From assembly GCA_040402735.1 (NCBI GenBank), contig JBBALZ010000004.1, positions 1-41,972 on the forward strand: DNA of 41,972 nucleotides, given 5' to 3'. This document shows, piece after piece, positions 26,608-34,100 of the stretch. The notes under the pieces are model-generated. The model was given only the letters and a program-made list of their open reading frames with translations. It ran no database searches and had not been told where the DNA came from. The position numbers and the translations under genes were made by a program. The stretch comes from Bdellovibrionota bacterium (GTDB taxonomy: Bacteria; Bdellovibrionota_C; UBA2361; OMII01). Each line of letters begins with the position of its first letter. Within the stretch, counting starts at the first letter, position 1.

Positions 26608-28703
26608 GGCTGGCTCCTATGCAAACGCTTAAAAGGCTGCGCTAGCATCGTTCTCAAGATCAATCCACAACACACTCCCCAGAGAGTCCCAGTAACTACT
26701 GGTATGAACCACCCCACAAGAAATAGCGAGAATTGTATTGCAGCAATGAGCACGAGGGCTCCAATTACCGCAGTGATCAATGCCACACCGCTTAAAGAAC
26801 AGATCAGAAGGGATAGAAGTACAGCGCAGCTATATGCTATCGCCCCGGCGCTAACTGCCGACGGTTGTCGAATCCAATCCTGCTGAAGTAGATTAGACGC
26901 CGCAGTTGCATGAATCTCTGCGCCAAAGGTCTGCTGGTCATACGGAGTAATAAACGCATCTCGCTGAGAGGCTCCAGTGCTGCTGCGTAATCCGAGGCCA
27001 ACAAATACTATCTTACCCTCAAAGACACCCTTGGGCAGTGACGCTTGAGATTCTGAGACCACAAGCTCGTACGGAACGGTCGGAATTGAGCGGCCTGCTC
27101 CGTAAAAATTTAAGAGCGCGTCACTGGGTATCGGTGCTGTATCTTCCCGATCAAGCGCTACTGCCATCTCTGATAGGGTATTAATCGAAGGGAAGACCTC
27201 AGATTTTACACTAGGAAAAGCCCGTACCCTTCCAAACTGCATCGGTAGACCAACAACACCGATACCGACACTCTCTGTCTCAAAGAGCTCAGCCGGCTGG
27301 AGAAGCTCCTCTAGGAGAAACGCTCCATTAATCGTCGCACGCTGGGACAATCCCAACGCAGCCCCTAAAACAGTAGGAACCCTCTTCATAGCTTCTGCCA
27401 GAGCTAGATCATTATCGTCTTCTCGACTGGCATCGGCAAATATTACATCAAAAACAACTCGCTTTGCCCCAGCGTCCGCCAGCACATTTATGAGTTTTGT
27501 GTGTAGCGTTCGCGGCCATGGAGCAGTTAATGGCACCCCAAGCCTCATATAGCTCTGCTCATCCATCGACACCACTACGATTCCGGGATGCGGCGTAGCT
27601 GGCCCACGAAGGCGAAAGAGATTATCGACATAATTAACCTCAATGCTAGAGAATATCTCGGTTTGAGCAATCGGGAAGACAAGTAAGGCGCATACAATTA
27701 CCCACAACGCATTCGCTATTGAAAATCGGAGTCGTACACTGCCCATCCGAGTGCTATCAGTAGCAACACTAGCGACCGCTTTCTCACCTATCGTTGCTGA
27801 AAGCAACTTACTTGCTTTGCCTGATCTATATGATGTCTGCACATCTAATGCATTCGCCAAAAGCTGTGCCGCCTGCATTCGGGCATCTGGATCACGATCC
27901 AAAAGGCCATCTACTCCCTCAAGCAACCACTGCGGAGCATCTCTCCGCAATTCATGTAAGGATCTGGCAGGGGCCTCTATTTTAGCCAAGATCAGCTGCG
28001 CTGGATTATCCTCAATAAATGGCGCGGTTCCAGTAAGGAGTTCAAACAGCACCACACCGAGTGCGTAGAAATCAACCGCATGCGTCGCCATCTCTCCTCG
28101 CAGGACTTCCGGCGCTACATATCTAAGGGTTCCAAAAACATCAGAGGCGAACATCGTCGCTGGGGCAGATGTTGACCGTGCTATTCCAAAATCGGTTATC
28201 TTCAGAGTTCCATCACTACTGACTATAACGTTTGCTGGCTTAAGATCTCTATGAATTATCCCGACTGCATGTACTGCTGATAAGCCGCGCATCAGCTGGC
28301 CAGCCATATCAATAACGGTGCTGCAAGGTAATCCGCCATTGGTAATAGCTACCTGTAGCGATTGCCCTGCCAGATACTCCATCGTGTAAAAGATAGACTC
28401 TCCGTCCTGACCAAAGTCAAAAGTCCTGACAACGTTCTCGTGTTGAATCTTATGGGTTAGGCGCACCTCTCTGAGGAAGCGATTGATGGCTGAATGGGCC
28501 TCCGGGCCGCCCGTATGGAGCACTTTGATCGCTACTCCAGTTACCCCCAGGACCAGATCTTCAGCAAGGTACACCGTACCCATTCCACCGCGTCCTAGGG
28601 GCCGAATAATTCTGTATCGGCCGGCGATAACACAGCCCGGCTCAAATCCGAGACACGCTCCGACAATTGGCTCTGAGAACTGTTTGAAGTCGGCTAACTG
28701 CAT
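26604..28703 (-). CDS. Hanks-type Ser/Thr kinase with C-terminal CHASE2 sensor and TM helices
   Basis: LGRGGMGTVY, VAIK, HRDLKPAN, DFG, YVAPE; then a TM, IVVVSMDEQS..PWPR..A.VVFDVIF, GKIVFVG, GAEIHATAASNLL and 3 TMs. Confidence 0.9.
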   Translation of the reverse strand: MQLADFKQFSEPIVGACLGFEPGCVIAGRYRIIRPLGRGGMGTVYLAEDLVLGVTGVAIKVLHTGGPEAHSAINRFLREVRLTHKIQHENVVRTFDFGQDGESIFYTMEYLAGQSLQVAITNGGLPCSTVIDMAGQLMRGLSAVHAVGIIHRDLKPANVIVSSDGTLKITDFGIARSTSAPATMFASDVFGTLRYVAPEVLRGEMATHAVDFYALGVVLFELLTGTAPFIEDNPAQLILAKIEAPARSLHELRRDAPQWLLEGVDGLLDRDPDARMQAAQLLANALDVQTSYRSGKASKLLSATIGEKAVASVATDSTRMGSVRLRFSIANALWVIVCALLVFPIAQTEIFSSIEVNYVDNLFRLRGPATPHPGIVVVSMDEQSYMRLGVPLTAPWPRTLHTKLINVLADAGAKRVVFDVIFADASREDDNDLALAEAMKRVPTVLGAALGLSQRATINGAFLLEELLQPAELFETESVGIGVVGLPMQFGRVRAFPSVKSEVFPSINTLSEMAVALDREDTAPIPSDALLNFYGAGRSIPTVPYELVVSESQASLPKGVFEGKIVFVGLGLRSSTGASQRDAFITPYDQQTFGAEIHATAASNLLQQDWIRQPSAVSAGAIAYSCAVLLSLLICSLSGVALITAVIGALVLIAAIQFSLFLVGWFIPVVTGTLWGVCCGLILRTMLAQPFKRLHRSQP

Positions 28704-28843
28704 ACCTCAACTAGCAGCTAGGCGTTTACTGCGGCCTACACTGCTCCCCTTAAGATTCGGATGCCGGACCACCCCCATTCGGAGCGATAGGAGCCAAGAT
28801 ACTCGGTTGGGGGAGAGCTATAACTGACTGTTTCTGACAGATT

Positions 28844-28886
28844 ATCCTAAAATCAATCCCGCAGCGTAGCCCCCTAGTGATAACTC
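28844..28886 (-). repeat. Dispersed 43-bp repeat (family B), copy 2
   Basis: ATCCTAAAATCAATCCCGCAGCGTAGCCCCCTAGTGATAACTC, an inverted copy of 9501-9543. Confidence 0.8.
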
Positions 28887-28928
28887 TACTCTTGGCTTTG
28901 CCTTTGGGCTTTGGGACCTTAAGTGAAA

Positions 28929-28972
28929 CGAGCACAGCGAGGCAAAACCTCGCTTACGCGAGTTTTTGCTCG
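28929..28972 (-). terminator. Structured element just after the subtilase stop, terminator-like with alternative folds
   Basis: The minus strand reads GCAAAAACTCGC-GTAA-GCGAGGTTTTGC, a GNRA-capped stem, with an overlapping alternative stem. Confidence 0.45.
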
Positions 28973-28981
28973 GTAACGGCG

Positions 28982-31018
28982 CTACTCCCGCCTCCGAGTA
29001 CTAGCACGTCGCTGTGTTACCATTGTTCTAACTGCCCGCGACACAGCGCTGCACAGCTGCGAGAATGCTGCTTTCGCCTCGCGATAATCTTTCGAAGGTT
29101 TAAAGCCCGAAACCGCGACCTGTCTCTGAAGCGTGCGGTCGTCCACTACCGCAAAGATCTGCATAACATTTATTCGATTAACCGAGGCTGGCAGTTGCAC
29201 TTCAATATCGGCTGCACCTGCCGTCAGCGGTATGTTTACCGGCGAGCACGCATAGGTCCACTTACCATCCCGACCAAACACTCTTAATGGGGCGCTCCTG
29301 CTAGTCGCCACATCTGAGATAGACACTAAAAGCGGTGTGCCGCCACTGACTACACTCGATGAGACTGTAAGTTGTGGCCTCTTAATCCGACCAGGTGCAG
29401 TCTTGGGTGTTGGGGTTGAGGTTGCTGTTGGAGGAATCACTACCGGAGTTGAAGTTGGAGCTGGAGGAGTGAAAGTCGGCGAGGGCGTAGCAGTTGGCGG
29501 AATAGGAGTTGCAGTCGGCGGCACCCAGGTTGCTGTTGGAGGAACTGGCGTTACTGTTTGAGATGGTACAGGAGAGGCAGTCGGATGCGCAGGTGTGCTA
29601 GTAGCACTGGGGGTTACATTTGGGGTGCTGGTAACAGTTGGTGTTGTCGTTGCGGTAGGTGTTACAGCACTTTGACAGTACGCCAGCGCCGACACAACAG
29701 CCCCATAAGCATTGGCAATGGCTGAGGTTAGCACTTTGCCACTAAGACTTGAGTACGGTTGGCCCGAAGAGAGTATAGCGCTTTTAACCTGTTGATGGGT
29801 GAGCATACCACTACAGGCAGACTGCACTAACAGGGCTACACCAGAGACCTGCGGAGCAGCCATAGAAGTGCCACTTAAGTAAGAGTAGCCATTGCTAAGA
29901 TAGGTACTGATGATACTAGATCCGGGGGCTGCGATATCAACGCTTGTAGCTCCATAATTAGAAAAACTTGATAGAGTTCCAGTTGAAGTAGTCGATGCGA
30001 CTGCAACTACATTATCACTCGAGTAGCTACTTGGGTACGAAGGAGTAGTGTCGTTATTTGACGCTGAATTGCCTGCAGCAGCAACAAAGAGGATCCCAAC
30101 ATCGCCACTAGACTTAATTGCAGCGGCTAGTGTGCTGCTGTAGGCGCCACCACCCCAGGAGTTATTACTAACAACGATCTTATGGCCCGCACGTCGCAAT
30201 GCTATGCCGTAATTTATAGCCTTTACAGCATTTGAAAGGCTCCCACTTCCAGAGCTTGAGAGAAACTTAGCAGCTGCAATCTTCGTATTCCAAGCAACGC
30301 CAGCCACTCCTTGCCCGTTGTCTCCACGACCACCAAGGATACCAGCACAGTGCGTGCCGTGCCCATTATCGTCAAGCGGATTACCAGTATTCAGAATAGC
30401 ATTAATTCCATAAACATCATCAACGTATCCATTATTATCGTTGTCTACTCCATCACCAGCTATTTCGCCCGGATTTCTCCACATATTAGCCGCAAGATCC
30501 GGATGCGCGTAGAGCACCCCAGTATCAATCACGAGCGCTATAATATCGCCTGCGCCAGTGCTCTTATCCCATGCTGCCGGCAACGACATATAGCTACTGG
30601 CATACTGTTCACCATAGTAGGTATCGTTAGGCACCGCAGAGCTAAAATATGCGTTGTTCGATTCGCAGCGATACCTGCCAAGAAGCTTCCTCATCCACTT
30701 GCGCTCTTTGGCTCGCTTACACGGATCGAGCTTACGTGTGTAGGGCCTCGGGGTCTCATCTGCCACGCTGCGTGTGGTTAGCTTATTTCTAGGCTTGACT
30801 AGTATGACCCCTGCACCGAGCGTATCCGCAACTCTGTCTTGGGGTATAATTCCGACTAAACCGGAATCAATGGCAGCAAGGGCTTGCGTCCTTCCGCGCG
30901 CCGAAATCACTGCTCCTTCGAATACAAGCCGCTGCTCCTGCGACTGCACCTCCGGCGTATTTAAAATTAATATTAAATTAAGGAGAGACAACAGAGGAAC
31001 AAACAACTTCAACTGCAT
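28982..31018 (-). CDS. Secreted subtilisin-like (S8) serine protease with long Pro/Thr linker and C-terminal domain
   Basis: Catalytic motifs VIDTG, HGTHCAG, AAAGN and GTSMAAP. Start placed at ATG 31018 (MQLKLF signal peptide); the ORF call extends to 31045. Confidence 0.93.
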   Translation of the reverse strand: MQLKLFVPLLSLLNLILILNTPEVQSQEQRLVFEGAVISARGRTQALAAIDSGLVGIIPQDRVADTLGAGVILVKPRNKLTTRSVADETPRPYTRKLDPCKRAKERKWMRKLLGRYRCESNNAYFSSAVPNDTYYGEQYASSYMSLPAAWDKSTGAGDIIALVIDTGVLYAHPDLAANMWRNPGEIAGDGVDNDNNGYVDDVYGINAILNTGNPLDDNGHGTHCAGILGGRGDNGQGVAGVAWNTKIAAAKFLSSSGSGSLSNAVKAINYGIALRRAGHKIVVSNNSWGGGAYSSTLAAAIKSSGDVGILFVAAAGNSASNNDTTPSYPSSYSSDNVVAVASTTSTGTLSSFSNYGATSVDIAAPGSSIISTYLSNGYSYLSGTSMAAPQVSGVALLVQSACSGMLTHQQVKSAILSSGQPYSSLSGKVLTSAIANAYGAVVSALAYCQSAVTPTATTTPTVTSTPNVTPSATSTPAHPTASPVPSQTVTPVPPTATWVPPTATPIPPTATPSPTFTPPAPTSTPVVIPPTATSTPTPKTAPGRIKRPQLTVSSSVVSGGTPLLVSISDVATSRSAPLRVFGRDGKWTYACSPVNIPLTAGAADIEVQLPASVNRINVMQIFAVVDDRTLQRQVAVSGFKPSKDYREAKAAFSQLCSAVSRAVRTMVTQRRASTRRRE

Positions 31019-31026
31019 AACCAGTG

Positions 31027-31071
31027 CCATCGGCGCTCTGAGCACAAAACTTTAGTGTCTTTTGCCGATAG
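31027..31071. promoter_or_regulatory. Overlapping divergent sigma28-like promoters
   Basis: Minus strand: TAAA(GTTT)-N16-GCCGATGG, 8 nt before ATG 31018. Plus strand: CAAA-N15-GCCGATAG, pointing toward alpha-2-macroglobulin. Confidence 0.5.
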
Positions 31072-31195
31072 ATATAAATGCTGTTGTATCAAATAGTTAG
31101 AGCTAGTAGCGCATCACGATTTTGCCCATCTTACAGTAGCATGCGACACTGGGCCCCTACCGCTTAGCGGGTTACTGTTAGCGGGTCTTAATTAA

Positions 31196-34100
31196 GTGGG
31201 TCTGATGATTACTCGTACTATTTCTTGCTTAGTGGCTTTATGCCTCAGCATTATCTCTCTCGGCTTTAATTCAACTCTAGCGGGTGCTCAGAATTCAGCG
31301 GTTAACAGTAACCCTGCTAGGTTACTCCGAGTAACACCAAGCGTACCCGATGCTCAGTCCATATCTGAGATAATCCTACAATTTGACCGGCCCGTGGTAG
31401 CTCTAGGACGAATGGAGCGAAAGTCTAACGAGATAGCGATCTCTATCTCTCCAGCACTAGCGTGCGAGTGGCGTTGGCAGAACTCTTCAGCGCTAGCCTG
31501 CATACTGAGCGCAGCAAACGCAGCGCTTCCAGCAACTACCTACACAGTTACAGTACCAAAACTTTTTGACCTTACAACCTCAGTTACTCTTGAGAGTTCG
31601 CAGCAAATTCTATTCACAACGATGCTGCCAGCGATAACTCTAGCCTGGCTAGACACCTGGCTTACCCCAACGCGCCCTTTAATAAGGCTCTCTACTAATC
31701 AGACAGTAGCGAAGGACTCTTTAGCAAAATCCCTATACTTTGAGGACTCACAGAAAAGGCGCTACGAAGTTATTACGGCGGAGTACACACCAGAGTCCGA
31801 TGAAGAGTTTCAGCCTCACGATGTAGGTAAACAGTGGGTGATCAACCCAGCTAATGAACTTCCCGCTAATAGCTCCATCTCACTGAACGTATCGCCGGGG
31901 CTATCATCAAATCAGGGACCTCAACTTGGAATAGAGCGGCGCAAAATTGCTGCATTTCACACCTTTTCTGAGTTCGCATTTATCGGCATTACCTGTCGCG
32001 ATTTAAGTGGCAAGACCGTAGTTATGCGCGCCGACAGGGAAGCGGAAGCTACTACGAGCCGGTGCGATCCGCTAGGTGCAATACAACTGACTTTCAATGC
32101 CCCGATTAGTAAAGATAAAGTAGCTAGCGCCTTCAGCTCCAAACCGGATTTGCGTGGTGGTCGCACTGATTTCGATCCGTGGGAATCAATCCTATCAAAC
32201 GCGCGAATTAGTGGTACACATTTAAAAGATCAGCACTATTATCTAAGCCTTCCCTACGGCCTTAAAGCCGATACAACATATACATTCTCTGCTAAAGCTA
32301 ACGCCATGCAAGATGAGTTTGGACGCGCGCTCACAAAGGATACCGCTGTTACCTTCACGACCAACCACCGCGCAGCACGCTTCGTGATCGACAATCACCA
32401 TGCAGTGCTCGAACAGGTAGGCGATTCTAAACTCCCAGTTATAGTTAACAACATCGAAACACTCGCACTGGCCTACTCTGCGCAGACTTCACAAGGCACG
32501 CAAAGCAACCTAAGCACTCTACTGCGCCCATACGCGGCACCGAACATAGCCTATCCTTTTCCAATCGATATTCGCGCGATGCTCGGGGGGCGCTCTGGTG
32601 TCATTCACGGCACACTCACTGGCAAGCCCGCTCAAAAGTACGACAACACTCAGCGCTTCTTCGCTCAGGTGACTCCCTATGCAGTGCACGCTAAAATTGG
32701 CCACTATAACTCACTGGTTTGGGTTACCTCCATGGCAACTGGCGAGCCGATTAGCGATGCTCAAATTTCAGTATTTGTAGACACCCTTACCAAGCTGTCG
32801 ACAAATCCTATCTCGCTGGCAGACGGTGCAACCGATCACAACGGAACTGCCACACTTCCAGGTCTCTTATCGCTAGACCCAAAGATGCAGTACACCAACC
32901 AGTGGAATGATAGTGAACCACGCCTTTTTATCCGTGTTACAAAGGGTGAGGAGATGGCGTTGGTGCCGCTATCCTGGGACTACCAAGTATATGACGGAGA
33001 GGTGTATCCCTCATCTCAGGCTCAATACGGCCACATTCACACCTGGGGTACAACGGCACAGGGACTCTATCGACTCGGCGACACCGTTCAATTCGCTCTG
33101 TGGGTTCGTGATCAGAACAACAACAGATTCATAGCTGCTCCACGCCAGGGATATTCTCTAGAAGTTCAAGACCCTACCGATAAGGTCGTTCTGAGGATCC
33201 CATCAGTTTCCCTCTCAGAATTCGGCTCTTTTGCCAGTGAATTTACCACTCGGAGTGACGGCGCAGTGGGCTGGTACACATTCGTGCTCTCACTGCCGTC
33301 TACCGGGCAGAGTTGGCAACCACTGCGGGTGCTAATCAGCGATTTCACTCCTGCCCCCTTCAAGGTTACCACGGATATCCAGCAATCCGAATTTAGAGCA
33401 AACGATCAGGTCACCGTACGCACTGAGGCCAGACTTCATGCAGGTGGGCCGTATGCCGGCGCTAGTGTTCGTATTTCTGCTCGTATAGTGGCGTCAGAAC
33501 TTACTCCTCGAGATCCACAAGCCAAGGGATTCACCTTTTCGACCTCTTTTGATGAGCATACGGTAACCCAGCGTGACGAACACCTCGATGCAAAAGGTGA
33601 TCTAGCTTCTACCTTTGACCTTATTAACGTGCCGCTTGCATACGGGAAACTTATCGTTGAAAGCTCTGTCCGCGATGATCGCGGAAAGTTTGTCTCTTCG
33701 CGCTCTCAAGCGCAGTTTATCGGACGCTCTAGGTTTGTCGGCATCGCGCAGGATGATTGGATCCTTCAATCAGGTAAGATAGCTAAACTGCGAGCTGTTG
33801 TAGTTAACGACCGTGGAGATATTATTCAAGGTGATAAGGTTCGTTTTAAGTTTGAGTACGAGGATATTAAGGTCGCTCGTGTCAAAAGTTCAGGCAACGC
33901 CTATACCAATCGATACGAAAAGACCTGGATTACCGTTCATACCTGCGAGGCTACTGCACAAGCCACAGGCCTATCATGCTCCTTCACCCCTACCAAGCCA
34001 GGCCGTTATCGATTTAACGCACACGTCACTGATACAAACGGACGCGATCACATCAGCACGATTGAACGCTGGGCATCGGGTCGCGGTGATATAGTATGGG

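Noticed and set aside
28704-28981. Known ribozyme or riboswitch in the kinase leader
   Set aside because: The region is structured, but no hammerhead core or recognisable aptamer consensus was found by eye. An Rfam scan would be needed.
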